DNA from: Antedon mediterranea
Lineage: Eukaryota > Animalia > Echinodermata
Length of the DNA: 64,000 nt
Assembly (NCBI RefSeq): GCF_964355755.1
Contig: NC_092676.1
Span: 13,472,871-13,536,870, forward strand
Direction: 5' to 3'
The first letter of the stretch is position 1, and each line of letters opens with the position of its first letter. The notes beneath the pieces are model-generated. The model was not told the origin of the DNA. It saw nothing but the letters and a program-made list of their open reading frames with translations, and did no database searches. Positions 13,492 through 28,888 of this stretch are shown piece after piece. Position numbers and translations under genes: made by a program.

Positions 13492-16400
13492 ATTTTCGAA
13501 AAATGGTCAAATTATGACCCTTTTATTTTTTGACATAACTAGTTTTTATGGCTCCATAAGATTATGTTAACACAATATATGTGCATAAATTGCAATATTG
13601 CAGCATAATTATTGAATTTTAAAAAGTTGACATTTTTTAAATTTTTCTACAAAATTTCTTTGATCCCCCGCCGATAAATTTTCGTAAAATGGCCAAATTT
13701 CGACCCTTTTTATTTTTTGACATAACTAGTTACTATGGCTCTATAAGATGATATTAACACTATATGTTCATCAATGGCAATATTATAGAATAATTATCGA
13801 AAGTTAGAAAGGGAACATTTTTCTAAAAAATTTCTTTGGTCCCCCGAAGTGTAATTTTCCAAAAAAATGGTTAAATTTCGACCTCTTTATTTTTTTACAT
13901 AACTAGTTACTATGGCTCTATAAGATGATGTTACAACAATATATGTGCATAAATGGCAATATTATAGCATAATTATTGAAGTTAAAAAAAATGGAAATTT
14001 TTGAAATTTTTTGAAAAAATTCCTTCGGTCCCCCGCAGTGAAATTTTCGAAAAATGGTCAAATTCTGACCCTTTTATTTTTTGACATAACTAGTTATTAT
14101 GGCGCTATAAGATGATGTTATCAAAATAAATGTGCATAAATGACAATATTATAGCATAATTATCGAATTTTAAAAAGGGGACAATTTTGTCATTTTTCGA
14201 AAAAATTCCATCGGAGCCCCGCAGTAAAATTTTCGAAAAATGGCAAAAGTTAGTCCCTTTTATTTTTCTACACAACTAGTTACTATGGCTCTATAAGATG
14301 ATGTTGCCGCAATATATGTGCATAAATGGCAATATCATAGCATGATTATTAAAGTTTAAAAAGTGGACATTTTTGACATTTTTTTAAAAAATTCCTTCGG
14401 TCCCCTGCAGTGAAATTTTCGAAAAATGGTCAAATTCTGACCCTTTATTTTTTGACATAACTAGTTTTTATGGCTCCATAAGATGATGTTAACACAATAA
14501 AAGGGTCTATGTTTTGGACATTTTTCCAAAAAAATCCTTCGGTCCCCCCGCAGTGAAATTTTCGAAAAATTGACAATTTTCGACCTTTTTATTTTTTGAC
14601 ATAACTAGTTATTATGGCTCTATAAGATGATGTTATTAAAATAAATGTGCATAAATGACAATATTATAGCATAATTATCGAAATTTGAAAAGTGAATAAC
14701 TTTGGCATTTTATGGAAAAATTTCTTCGGTCCCCCGCTGAGAAATTTTCGAAAAATGTTCAAATTATGACCCTTTTATTTTTTGACATATCTAGTTTTTA
14801 TGGCTCCATAAGATGATATTAACACAATATATGTGCATAAATTGCAATATTATAGCATAATTATTGAATTTTAAAAAGTGGACATTTTTGCCATTTTTCG
14901 AAAAAAATTCCTTTGTTCCCCCGCAGTGAAATTTTCGAAAAATGACAAAATTTAGACCTTTTTATTTTTTTACACAACTAGTTAGTATGGCTATATAAGA
15001 TGATGTTACAACAATATATGTGCATAAATTGCAATATTATAACATAATTATTGAAGTTTAAAAAGTGAAAATTGTTGACATTTTTTGAAAAAAAATCCTT
15101 CGGTCCCCCGCAGTGAAATTTTTGAAAAATTGTCAAATTCTGACCCTTTTATTTTTTGACATAACTAGTTTTTATGGCTCCATAAGTTGATGTTAACACA
15201 ATATATGTGCATACATGACAATATTATAGCATAGTTATCGAATTTTAAAAAGTGGACATTTTTGACATTTTTCGAAAAAATTCCTGTGAAATTTTGGCGC
15301 TATTTTTTTAATGCCAGTGAAATTTTCAAAAAAAAATGGTCAAATTTCGACCCTTTTATTTTTTGACATAACTAGGTACTACGGATCTATAAGCTGATGT
15401 TAGCACAATATATGTGCATAAATGGCAATATTATAGCATAATATCGAATTTTAAAAGGTAGAAATTGTGGAAATTTTTCGAAAAAATTCCTTCAGTCCCC
15501 CCGCAGTGAAATTTCGAAAAAGTGCCAAATTTCGACCCCTTTATTTTTTGACATAACTAGTTATTATGGCTCTATAAGATGATGTTATCAAAGTAAAAGT
15601 GCATAAATGACAATATTATAGCATAGTTATCGAATTTTAAAAAGTGGACATTTTTGCCATTTTGCGAAAAAATTCCTTTGGTCCCCTGCAGTGAAATTTT
15701 CGAAAAATAGCAAAATTTGGACCTTTTTTTTTTACACAACTAGTTACTATGGCTCTATAAGATGATGTTACAACAATTATATGAGCATAAATGGCAATAT
15801 TATAGCATGATTATTGAAGTTTAAAAAGTGGAAATTTTTGACATTTTAAGGAAAAATTTCTTTGGTCCTCCGCAGTGAAATTTTCGAGAAATGTTCAAAT
15901 TATGACCCTTTTATTTTTTGACATACCTAGTTTTTATGGCTCCATAAGATCATTTTAAATAAATAAATATGCATAAATGACAATATTATAGCATAATTAT
16001 GGAATTTTAAAGAAGTGGACATTTTTGCCATTTTTCGAAAAAAATCATTTGGTCCCCCACAGTGAAATTTTCGAAAAATGGCAAAATTTAGACCTTTTTA
16101 TTTTTTTACACAACTAGTTACTATGGCTCTATAAGATGATGTTACAACAATATATATGCATAAATGGCAATATTATAGCATAATTATCGAATTTTAAAAA
16201 GTGGAAATTTTGGACATTTTATGGAAAAATTTCTTCGGTCCCCCGCAGTGAAATTTTCGAAAAATGATCAAATTATGACCCTTTTATTTTTTGACATAAC
16301 TAGTTTTTATGGCTCTATAAGATGATGTTATCAAAATAAATGTGCATAAATGACAATATTATAGCATAATTATCGAATTTTAAAAAGTGGATAATTTTGC

Positions 16401-18859
16401 CATTTTTCGAAAAAATCCTTTGGACTCCCGCAGTGAAATTTTCGAAAAATGGCAAAATTTAGACCCTTTTATTTTTTTACACAACTAGTTACTATGGCTC
16501 TATAAGATGATGTTACAACAATATATGTGCATAAATGGCAATATTAGAACATAATAATTGAAGTTTAAAAGTGGACATTTTTTACATTTTTTGAAAACAA
16601 TCCTTCGGTCCCCCGCAGTGAAATTTTCGAAAAATTGTCAAATTCTGACCCTTTTATTTTTTGACATAACTAGTTTTTATGGCTCCATAAGATGATGTTA
16701 ACACAATATATGTGCATAAATTGCAATATTATAGCATAATTATTGAATTTTATAAAGTGGACATTTTTGCAATATTTCTACAAAATTTCTTTGTTCCCCC
16801 GCCGTGAAATTTTCGTAAAATGGCCAAATTTCGACCCTTTTATTTTTTGACATAACTAGTTACTATGGCTCTATAAGATGATGTTAACACTATATATGTG
16901 CATCAATGGCAACATTATAGCATAATTATCGAAAGTTAAAACGTGGGAATTTTTGCCATTTTTCTAAAAAAATTCTTTGGTCCCCCGCAGTGTAATTTTC
17001 GTAAAATGGCAAAATTTCGACCCTTTTATTTTTTGACATAACTAGTTACTATGGCTCTGTAAGATGATGTTACCACAATATATGTGAATAAATGGCAATA
17101 TTATAGCATAATTATTGAAGTTTAAAAAGTGGAAATTTTTGACACATTTTGAAAAAATTCCTTCGGTCCCCCGCAGTTAAATTTTCGAAAAATGGTCAAA
17201 TTCTGACCCTTTTATTTTTTGACATAACTAGTCATTATGGCTCCATAAGATGATGTTAACACAATATATGTGCATAAATTGCAATATTACAGCATAATTA
17301 TTGAATTTTAAAAAGTTGACATTTTTGCAATTTTTCTACAAAATTTCTTTGGTCCCCCGCCGAAAAATTTTCGTAAAATGGCCAAATTTCAACCCTTTTA
17401 TTTTTTTGACATAACTAGTTACTATGGCTCTATAAGATGATGTTAACACTATATATGTGCATCAATCGCAATATTATAGCATAATTATCGAAAGTTAAAA
17501 AGGGGAAATTTTGGACATTTTTCTAAAAAATTTCTTTGGTCCCCCGAAATGTAATTTTCAAAAAATGGTCAAATTTCGACCTCTTTATTTTTTGACATAA
17601 GTAGTTACTATGGCTCTATACGATGATGTTTCCACAATATATGTGCATAAATGGCAATATTATACCATAATTATTGAAGTTTTAAAAGTGGAAATTTTTG
17701 ACATTTTTTGAAAAAATTCCTTCGGTCCCCCGCTGAGAAATTTTCGAAAAATTGTCAAATTATGACCCTTTTATTTTTTGACATAACTAGTTTTTATGGC
17801 TCCATAAGATGATGTTAACACAATATATGTGCATAAATTGCAATATTATAGCATAATTATTGAATTTTAAAAAGTGGACATTTTTGCAATTTGTCTACAA
17901 AATTTCTTTGGTCCCCGCAGTGTAATTTTCAAAAAAAATGGTCGAATTTCGACCCTTTAATTTTTTGACATAACTAGTTACTACGGCTCTATAAGATGAT
18001 GTTAAAACAATATATGTGCATAAATGGCAATATTATAGCATAATTATCGAATTTTAAAAAGTGGATATTTTTGACATTTTTCGAAAAAAATTCCTTCGGT
18101 CCCCCGCAGTGTAGTTTTCGAAAAATGGCCAAATTTCGACCCTTTTATTTATTGACATAACTAGTTATTATGGCTTTATAAGATGATGTTAACAAAATAA
18201 ATGTGCATAAATTACAATATTATAACATAATTATCGAATTTTAAAAAGTGGACATTTTTGCCATTTTTCGAAGTAATTCCTTTTTCCCCCGCACTTTAAA
18301 TTTTCGAAAAATGGCAAAATTTCGACTCTTTTATTTTTTAACATAACTAGTTACTATGGCTCTATAAGATGATGTTACCACAATATATGTGCATTAATGG
18401 CAATATTATAGCATAATTATTGAAGTTTAAAAAGTGGAAATTTTAAACATTTTTTGAACAATTCCTTGGGTCTCCTGCCGTGAAATTTTCGAAAAATAGA
18501 AAAAATGTCGACCCATTTATTTTTTAACATAACTAGTTACTCTGGCTCTATAAGATGATATTAACACGTTACAACAATATATGTGCATAAATGACAATAT
18601 TATAGCATAATTATCGAATTTTAAAAAGTGGATATTTTTGACATTTTTCGAAAAAAATTCCTTTGGACCCCCGCAGTAAAATTTTCGAAAAATGGCAAAA
18701 TTTAGACCCTTTTATTTTTTTACACAACTAGTTACTATGGCTCTTTAAGATGAATATTACCACATTATATGTGCATAAATGGCAATATTATAGCATGATT
18801 ATTGAAGTTTAAAAATTGGAATTTTTTGACATTTTTTGAAAAAAATTCATTGGTCCCTC

Positions 18860-20268
18860 CGGCCGTTCCAAGGCAAACCACGTAACTCGCATTTTTGTCA
18901 ATTTTGAGATTTTTACATTTGGGGAATTATTACAAATTTATGAACAACCTGTAAAAATTTCAGGTTTCAGAGATCATTATTTTTGGAGATAGTACCACGT
19001 ATCTTTAAGCAAAAAACAAATAATTCTGGTATTTTCCAAGGCAAAACAACGTATCTACCAGATACGTTGTTCTGCCACGGAAATGCATACGATTTTCGCT
19101 TCAAATTCTCACAATCAGCTAAGTTACGTAATTTTGAGACAGAAACCGCTGATGCATGACGATATGCATAGCAACGATCTTAACTAAAAGTAAAAGGTAT
19201 ATTAAACAATACCAGCCTTATTACGCTAGACAACTAATTTAATGTATTATAATTTATTCTAAGAATAAACTATATTTACGAAAATGTTCAGACAAGCTTG
19301 AAACTAGGCTAGGCCTAGGCTATTATCCCGGCTATTATTTTTGACAGACCTACCTAATCTAGCCTAGTACCCCAGTACTGTCGTTGGAACTAGGCTAGGC
19401 CTAGCCTAGTAGGACGGCCGTCTTTGCATTTTTGTACGTAGGCCTTGTAGTAGCAGGCTAGTAGGTAGGCTATAATAAGTCTATATCATAAATATGCCTA
19501 GTAGATGCAAATGGCTAAGCCTAGCTTCAAATGCATTATTTGTTAAGCCAACCTAGTTTCTAGCCATTGGTGATCGCAGCCCTCCATGTTGTTCAAAAAG
19601 AGTTTCAATCCATTGTTTTTAAAATCATCACAGTTACGTTGTTTTGCCATGAAATGACTACAGTTACGTTGTTTTGCCACAGAATATCGCAGTTACGTTG
19701 TTTTGCCTCAGAAATGACTTTCATTCTATGCACGTCATTTCCAAGGAGTGGAGCTGTGGCTTGGTGGTTATGATGCTTGGCTACCAATGTAAGGGTCCTG
19801 GGTTCAAGTCATGTCATATGTCAGGGTTTTTTTCTCATGACAATTTACAACTCCACTCCACTCCACTCCACAAAGACTTAATAATAAGTCTTTGTTTTTT
19901 GCATGAGTATTTGTCTAGTCTTTGTTTATGTAGAGCATCTTGTGTATATGTTTGTCTTGTGAAATTATTAAATAGTTTATCCATCCTGTAATTGGCGGGT
20001 TACTCGCTGTTGGATGAGTATGAAATAAAAAAAAAATAAAAAATAAAAAAAGGGCAAAACAACAACTGTTAAGTGGTAATAACTTTTGATCAAATTGTTT
20101 AAATTATTTAACATTTTGTATTTAATAATAATTATTATTTATATATACTCATGCAAAATTTCACATCATTACGATAATTTTTGTTGAAATGCAAACACTC
20201 AAACTTCAATTCAATTTTTCTCGAAAAGCAACATTTTGTAGTTACGTTGTTTTGCCTTGGAACGGCCG
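18860..20268. mobile_element. Non-autonomous TIR DNA transposon, copy 2 (complete), superfamily unassigned
   Basis: ~28-bp TIR CGGCCGTTCCAAGGCAAA(.)CACGTAACT / AGTTACGTTGTTTTGCCTTGGAACGGCCG; internal repeats of TACGTTGTTTTGCC; inserted in the SatA C-run. Confidence 0.9.
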
Positions 20269-22764
20269 CCCCGCAGTGAAATTTTCGAAAAATGGCCAAA
20301 TTTCGACCCTTTTTATTTTTTGACATAACTAGTTACTATGGCTCTATAAGATGATATTAACACTATATGTGCATCAATGGCAATATTATAGAATAATTGT
20401 CGAAAGTTAGAAAGTGGACCTTTTTCTAAAAACTTTCTTTGGTCCCCCGAAGTGTAATTTTAAAAAAAAATGGTCAAATTTCGACCTCTTTATTTTTTTA
20501 CATAACTAGTTACTATGGCTCTATAAGATGATGTTACCACAATATATGTGCATAAATGGCAATATTATAGCATAATTATTGAAGTTAAAAAAATGGAAAT
20601 TTTTGAAATTTTTTGAAAAAATTCCTTCGGTCCCCGCAGTGAAATTTTCGAAAAATGGTCAAATTCTGACCCTTTTATTTTTTGACATAACTAGTTATTA
20701 TGGCGCTATAAGATGATGTTATCAAAATAAATGTGCATAAATGACAATATTATAGCATAATTATCGAATTTTAAAAAGGGGACAATTTTGTCATTTTTCG
20801 AAAAAATTCCTTCGGGGCACCGCAGTAAAATTTTCGAAAAATGGCAAAAGTTAGTCCCTTTTATTTTTCTACACAACTAGTTACTATGGCTCTATAAGAT
20901 GATGTTGCCGCAATATATGTGCATAAATGGCAATATCATAGCATGATTATTAAAGTTTAAAAAGTGGAAATTTTTGACATTTTTTCAAAAAATTCCTTCG
21001 GTCCCCTGCAGTGAAATTTTCGAAAAATGGTCAAATTCTGACCCTTTATTTTTTGACATAACTAGATTTTATGGCTCCATAAGATGATGTTAACACAATA
21101 AAAGGGTCTATATTTTGGACATTTTTCCAAAAAATTCCTTCGGTCCCCCCGCAGTGAAATTTTCGAAAAATTGACAATTTTCGACCTTTTTATTTTTTGA
21201 CATAACTAGTTATTATGGCTCTATAAGATGATGTTATCAAAATAAATGTGCATAAATGACAATATTATAGCATAATTATCGAATTTTAAAAAGTGGATAA
21301 TTTTGCCATTTTTCGAAAAAAATCCTTTGGACTCCCGCAGTGAAATTTTCGAAAAATGGCAAAATTTAGACCCTTTTATTTTTTTACACAACTAGTTACT
21401 ATGGCTCTATAAGATGATGTTACAACAATATATGTGCATAAATGGCAATATTAGAACATAATAATTGAAGTTTAAAAGTGGAAATTTTTTACATTTTTTG
21501 AAAACAATCCTTCGGTCCCCCGCAGTGAAATTTTCGAAAATTGTCAAATTCTGACCCTTTTATTTTTTGACATAACTAGTTTTTATGGCTCCATAAGATG
21601 ATGTTAACACAATATATGTGCATAAATTGCAATATTATAGCATAATTATTGAATTTTAAAAAGTGGACATTTTTGCCATTTTTCGAAAAAAATTCCTTTG
21701 TTCCCCCGCAGTGAAATTTTCGAAAAATGACAAAATTTAGACCTTTTTATTTTTTTACACAACTAGTTAGTATGGCTATATAAGATGATGTTACAACAAT
21801 ATATGTGCATAAATTGCAATATTATAACATAATTATTGAAGTTTAAAAAGTGAAAATTGTTGACATTTTTTGAAAAAAAATCCTTCGGTCCCCCGCAGTG
21901 AAATTTTCGAAAAATTGTCAAATTCTGATCCTTTTATTTTTTGACATAACTAGTTTTTATGGCTCCATAAGATGATGTTAACACAATATATGTGCATAAA
22001 TTGCAATATTATAGCATAATTATTGAATTTTAAAAAGTGGACATTTTTGCCGTTTTTCGAAAAAAATTCCTAATTTCCCCCGCAGTGAAATTTTCGAAAA
22101 ATGACAAAATTTAGACCTTTTTATTTTTTTACAACACAACTAGTTAGTATGGCTATATAAGATGATGTTACAACAATATATGTGCATAAATTGCAATATT
22201 ATAACATAATTATTGAAGTTTAAAAAGTGAAAATTGTTGACATTTTTTGAAAAAAAATCCTTCGGTCCCCCGCAGTGAAATTTTCGAAAAATTGTCAAAT
22301 TCTGATCCTTTTATTTTTTGACATAACTAGTTTTTATGGCTCGATAAGTTTATGTTAACACAATATATGTGCATACATGACAATATTATAGCATAGTTAT
22401 CGAATTTTAAAAAGTGGACATTTTTGACATTTTTCGAAAAAATTTCTTTGGTCCCCCGCAGTGTAATTTTCAAAAAAAAATGGTCAAATTTCGACCCTTT
22501 TATTTTTTGACATAACTAGTTACTACGGCTCTATAAGATGATGTTAACACAATATATGTGTATAAATGGCAATATTATAGCATAATTATCGAATTTTAAA
22601 AAGTGGAAATTTTTAGGACATTTTTCGAAAAAATTCCTTCAGTCCCCCCGCAGTGAAATTTTCAAAAAAAATTGCCAAATTTCGACCCTTTTATTTTTTG
22701 ACATAACTAGTTATTATGGCTCTATAAGATGATGTTATCAAAATAAATGTGCATAAATGACAAT

Positions 22765-25700
22765 AAATTTTGGTGCATTTCGGTAAAGCTTTTCACACAA
22801 AAACATCAAAGTGCATACAATAGCTTAAAATCGTATTTGGAGACGTTTTAGACCATTTTGTGAATTTCGATGAAACTTTTCACTCAAATACAACAAAGTG
22901 CATAATATAATAGCTTAATATCGTATTTGGAGACGTTTTAGACCATTGTGTGCATTTCGGTGAAACTTTTCACACAAAAACATCAAAGTGCACAAAATAG
23001 CTTCAAATCGCATTTGCAGACGTTTGAGACCATTTTGTGCATTTCGATGAAACTTTTCACACAAAACATCAAAGTGCACAAAATAGCTTCAAATCGCATT
23101 TAGAGACGTTTTAGACCATATTGTGCATTTCGTTGAAACTTGATTACACAAAAACAACAAAGTGCATACAATAATAGATTAATATCGTATTTGGAGACGT
23201 TTTAGACCATTTTGTGCATTTCGGTGAAACTTTTCACACAAGAACATCAAATTGCTTTAAATCACATTTGGAACCGTTTTAGACCATTTTGAGCATTTCG
23301 AAAAAACTTTTCACACAAAACATCAAACTGCACAAAATAGCTTCAAATCGCATTTAGAGACGTTTTAGACCATTTTGTGCATTTCGTTGAAACTTGATTA
23401 CACAAAAACAACAAAGTGCATACAATAATAGCTTAATATCGTATTTGGAGACGTTTTAGACCATTTTGTGCATTTCGGTGAAACTTTTCACACAAGAACA
23501 TCAAATTGCTTTAAATCACATTTGGAACCGTTTTAGACCATTTTGAGCATTTCGATAAAACTATTCACACAAAACATCAAACTGCACAAAATAGCTTCAA
23601 ATCGCATTTAGAGATGATTTAGACCATTTTGTGCATTTCGATTAAACTTTTCAGAAAAAAACAACAAAGTGCATACAATAGCTTAATATCGTATTTGGAG
23701 ACGTTTTAGACCATTTTGTGCATTTCGATGAAACTTTTCACACAAAAACATCAAAGTGCACAAAATAGTTTCTAATCGCATTTAGGGACATTTTAGACCA
23801 TTTTGTGCATTTCTAAAAAACTTTTTAACATAAAAACACCAAAGTGCTTAGAATAGGTTCAAAACGGATTTGGAGACGTTTTAGACGATTTTGTGCATTT
23901 CGATGAAACTTGATTACACAAAAACATCAAAGTGCATACAATAATAGCTTAATATCGTATTTGGAGACGTTTTAGACCATTTTGTGCATTTCGGTGAAAC
24001 TTTTCACACAAGAACATCAAATTTCTTTAAATCACATTTGGAACCGTTTTAGACCATTTTGAGCATTTCGATAAAACTTTTCACACAAAACATCAAACTG
24101 CACAAAATAGCTTCAAATCGCATTTAGAGATGATTTAGACCATTTTGTGCATTTCGATTAAACTTTTCAGAAAAAAACAACAAAGTGCATACAATAGCTT
24201 AATATCGTATTTGGAGACGTTTTAGACCATTTTGTGCATTTCGATGAAACTTTTCACACAAAAACATCAAAGTGCACAAAATAGTTTCTAATCGCAATTA
24301 GGGACATTTTAGACCATTTTGTGCATTTCTAAAAAACTTTTTAACATAAAAACACCAAAGTGCTTAGAATAGGTTCAAAACGGATTTGGAGAAGTTTTAG
24401 ACCATTTTGTGCATTTCGATGAAACTTTTCACACAAAAACATCAAAGTGCATACAATAGCTTAATATAATATTTGGAGACGTTTTAGACCATTTTGTGCA
24501 TTTCGATGAAACTTTTCACACAAAACATCAAAGTGCAAAAAATAGCTTCAAATCGTATTTGCAGACGTTTTAGACCATTTTGTGCATTTCGAAAAAACTT
24601 GTTAACATCAAAACACCAAAGTGCTTAAAATAGCTACAAAACGGATTTGGAGACGTTTTAGACCATTTTGTGCATTTCGTTAAAACTTTTCACAAAAAAA
24701 CATCAAAGTGCATACAATAGCTTAATATCGTATTTGGAGACGTTTTAGACCATTTTGTGCATTTCGATGAAACTTTTCACACAAAACATCAAAGTGCACA
24801 AAATAGCTTCAAATCGGATTTGGAGACGTTTTAGACCATTTTGTGCATTTCGATGACACTTTTCAGAAAAAAACATCAAAGTCCACAAAATAGCTTCAAC
24901 TCGCATTTGGAAACGTTTTAGACCATTTTGTGGATTTCGATGAAACTTTTCACACAAAATATCAAAGTGCACAAAATAGCTTCAAATCGCATTTAGGGAC
25001 GTTTTAGACCATTTTGTGCATTTCGATGAAAATTTTCACACAAAAACATCAAAGTGCATACAATAGCTTAATATCGTATTTTGAGACGTTTTAGACCATT
25101 TTGTGCATTTCGATGAAACTTTTCACACAAAACATCAAAGTGCACAAAATAGCTTCAAATCGCATTTAGAGACGTTTTAGACCATTTTGTGCATTTCGTT
25201 GAAACTTGATTACACAAAAACAACAAAGTGCATACAATAATAGCTTAATATCGTATTTGGAGACGTTTTAGACCATTTTGTGCATTTCGGTGAAACTTTT
25301 CACACAAGAACATCAAATTGCTTTAAATCACATTTGGAACCGTTTTAGACCATTTTGAGCATTTCGATAAAACTTTTCACACAAAACATCAAACTGCACA
25401 AAATAGCTTCAAATCGCATTTTGAGATGATTTAGACCATTTTGTGCATTTCGATTAAACTTTTCAGACAAAAACAATAAAGTGCATACAATAGCTTAATA
25501 TCGTATTTGGAGACGTTTTAGACCATTGTGCATTTCGATGAAACTTTTCACACAAAAACATCAAAGTGCAAAATATAGCTTCTAATCGCATTTAGAGACG
25601 TTTTAGACCATTTTGTGCATTTCTAAAAAACTTTTTAACATAAAAACACCAAAGTGCTTAAAATAGGTTCAAAACGGATTTGGAGACGTTTTAGACGATT

Positions 25701-28540
25701 TTGTGCATTTCGATGAAACTTTTCACACAAAAACATCAAAGTGCATACAATAGCTTAATATAGTATTTGGAGACGTTTTAGACCATTTTGTGCATTTCGA
25801 TGAAACTTTTCACACAAAACATCAAAGTGCAAAAAATAGCTTCAAATCGTATTTGCAGACGTTTTAGACCATTCTGTGCATTTCGAAAAAACTTGTTAAC
25901 ATCAAAACACCACAAGTGCTTAGAATAGCTACAAAACGGATTTGGAGACGTTTTAGACCATTTTGTGCATTTCGATGAAACTTTTCACACAAAATATCAA
26001 AGTGCACAAAATAGCTTCAAATCGCATTTAGGGACGTTTTAGACCATTTTGTGCATTTCGATGAAAATTTTTACACAAAAACATGAAAGTGCATACAATA
26101 GCTTAATATCGTATTTTGAGACGTTTTAGACCATTTTGTGCATTTCGATGAAACTTTTCACACAAAACATCAAAGTGCACAAAATAGCTTCAAATCGCAT
26201 TTAGAGACGTTTTAGACCATTTTGTGCATTTCGTTGAAACTTGATTACACAAAAACAACAAAGTGCATACAATAATAGCTTAATATCGTATTTGGAGACG
26301 TTTTAGACCATTTTGTGCATTTCGGTGAAACTTTTCACACAAGAACATCAAATTGCTTTAAATCACATTTGGAACCGTTTTAGACCATTTTGAGCATTTC
26401 GATAAAACTTTTCACACAAAACATCAAACTGCACAAAATAGCTTCAAATCGCATTTTGAGATGATTTAGACCATTTTGTGCATTTCGATTAAACTTTTCA
26501 GACAAAAACAACAAAGTGCATACAATAGCTTAATATCGTATTTGGAGACGTTTTAGACCATTTTGTGCATTTCTAAAAAACTTTTTAACATAAAAACACC
26601 AAAGTGCTTAAAATAGGTTCAAAACGGATTTGGAGACGTTTTAGACGATTTTGTGCATTTCGATGAAACTTTTCACACAAAAACATCAAAGTGCATACAA
26701 TAGCTTAATATAGTATTTGGAGACGTTTTAGACCATTTTGTGCATTTCGATGAAACTTTTCACACAAAACATCAAAGTGCAAAAAATAGCTTCAAATCGT
26801 ATTTGCAGACGTTTTAGACCATTTTGTGCATTTCGAAAAAACTTGTTAACATCAAAACACCACAAGTGCTTAGAATAGCTACAAAACGGATTTGGAGACG
26901 TTTTAGACCATTTTGTGCATTTCGTTAAAACTTTTCACAAAAAAACATCAAAGTGCATACAATAGCTTAATATCGTATTTGGAGACGTTTAGACCATTTT
27001 GTGCATTTCGATGAAACTTTTCACACAAAACATCAAAGTGCACAAAATAGCTTCAAATCGCATTTGGAGACGTTTTAGACCATTTTGTGCATTTCGATGA
27101 CACTTTTCAGAAAAAAACATCAAAGTCCACAAAATAGCTTCAAATCGCATTTGGAAACGTTTTAGACCATTTTGTGGATTTCGATGAAACTTTTCACACA
27201 AAATATCAAAGTGCACAAAATAGCTTCAAATCGCATTTAGGGACGTTTTAGACCATTTTGTGCATTTCGATGAAAATTTTCACACAAAAACATCAAAGTG
27301 CATACAATAGCTTAATATTGTATTTTGAGACGTTTTAGACCATTTTGTGAATTTCGATTAAACTTTTCACAAAAAAACATCAAAGTGCACACAATAGCTT
27401 CAAATCGCATTTAGAGACGTTTTAGACCATTTTGTGCATTTCGATGAAACTTTTCACACAAAAACATCAAAGTGCACAAAATACCTTCAAATCGCATTTG
27501 GAGACGCTTTAGACCATTTTGTGCATTTCGATGAAACTTGATTACACAAAAACATCAAAGTGCTTAAAATCACATTTGAAACCGTTTTAGACCATTTTGA
27601 GCATTTCGATAAAACTTTTCACACAAAAACATCAAAGTGCATACAATAGCTTAATATCGTATTTGGAGACGTTTTAGAACATTTTTGTGCATTTCGATGA
27701 AACTTTTCACACAAAACATCAGAGTGCACAAAATAGCTTCAAATCCCATTTGGAGACGTTTTAGACCATTTTGTGCATTTCGATGAAACTTGATTACACA
27801 AAAACATCAAAGTGCTTAAAATCACATTTGAAACCGTTTTAGACCATTTTGAGCATTTCGATGAAACTTTTCACACAAAAACATCAGAGTGCACAAAATA
27901 GCTTCTAATCGTATTTTATGCAATTCGATGAAACTTTTCACACAAAACATCAAAGTGCACAAAAGAGTTTCAAATCGCATTTGGAGACGTTTTAGACCAT
28001 TTTGTGCATTTCGATGAAACTTTTCACACAAAAACATCAAATTGCTTAAAATCACATTTGAAACCGTTTTAGACCATTTTGAGCATTTCGATGAAACTTT
28101 TCACACAAAAACATCAGAGTGCACAAAATAGCTTCTAATCGTATTTTGTGCAATTCGATGAAACTTTTCACACAAAACATCAAAGTGCACAAAATAGCTT
28201 CAAATCGCATTTGGAGACGTTTTAGACCATTTTGTGCATTTCGATGAAACTTTTCACACAAAACATCAAAGTGCACAAAATAGCTTCAAATCGTATTTGG
28301 AGACGTTTTAAACCATTTTTTGCATGTCCATGAAACTTGATTACACAAAAACATCAAAGTGTTTACAATCACATTTGAAACCGTTTAGACCATTTTGAGC
28401 ATTTCGAAAAAACTTGTTAACATAAAAACACCAAAGTGCTTAGAATAGCTTCAAATCACATTTGGAGACGTTTTAGACCATTTTGTGCATTTCGATGAAA
28501 CTTGATTACACAAAAACATCAAAGTGCTTAAAATCACATA
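22765..28540 (+). repeat. SatB tandem array, ~86-bp monomer with shorter and longer variants
   Basis: TTTTAGACCATTTTGTGCATTTCGATGAAACTTTTCACAC recurs, e.g. AGACC at 24747 and 24833. Confidence 0.95.
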
Positions 28541-28888
28541 TTTATTATATTATGCTAAAAAATGAGCTGGTATCCACTTGTAGGTTGAAGAAAGATTCGT
28601 AATTGTGGCTCTAATTTCAAAGTCATATTAAATTAACATTTTCGAAACTATAAATCAGGGATAATCTTTTTAGAACTTTCAAACTAGGAACTATATTTTA
28701 ACGATTTTCAAAAAGCACATTACTCCATTAAAACCTGTAAAATAAAAATTAAAACACAAATTATGTATATAATAGGATAAACATTATAATGTATACGACA
28801 TTTAGCACGACCAAAGTAACAACGCGATCGATATCAAACGCAACCGATATGATTAAAACAGCGTACGCTTCATACCGAAATAAAACCG

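Larger units (their letters stand above)
3836..22764 (-). repeat. SatA array, reverse orientation, interrupted by the LTR element and two TIR-element copies
   Basis: Reverse complement of the same monomer (GTGCATAAATGGCAATATTATAGCAT...), with multi-monomer variant blocks recurring. Confidence 0.95.
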
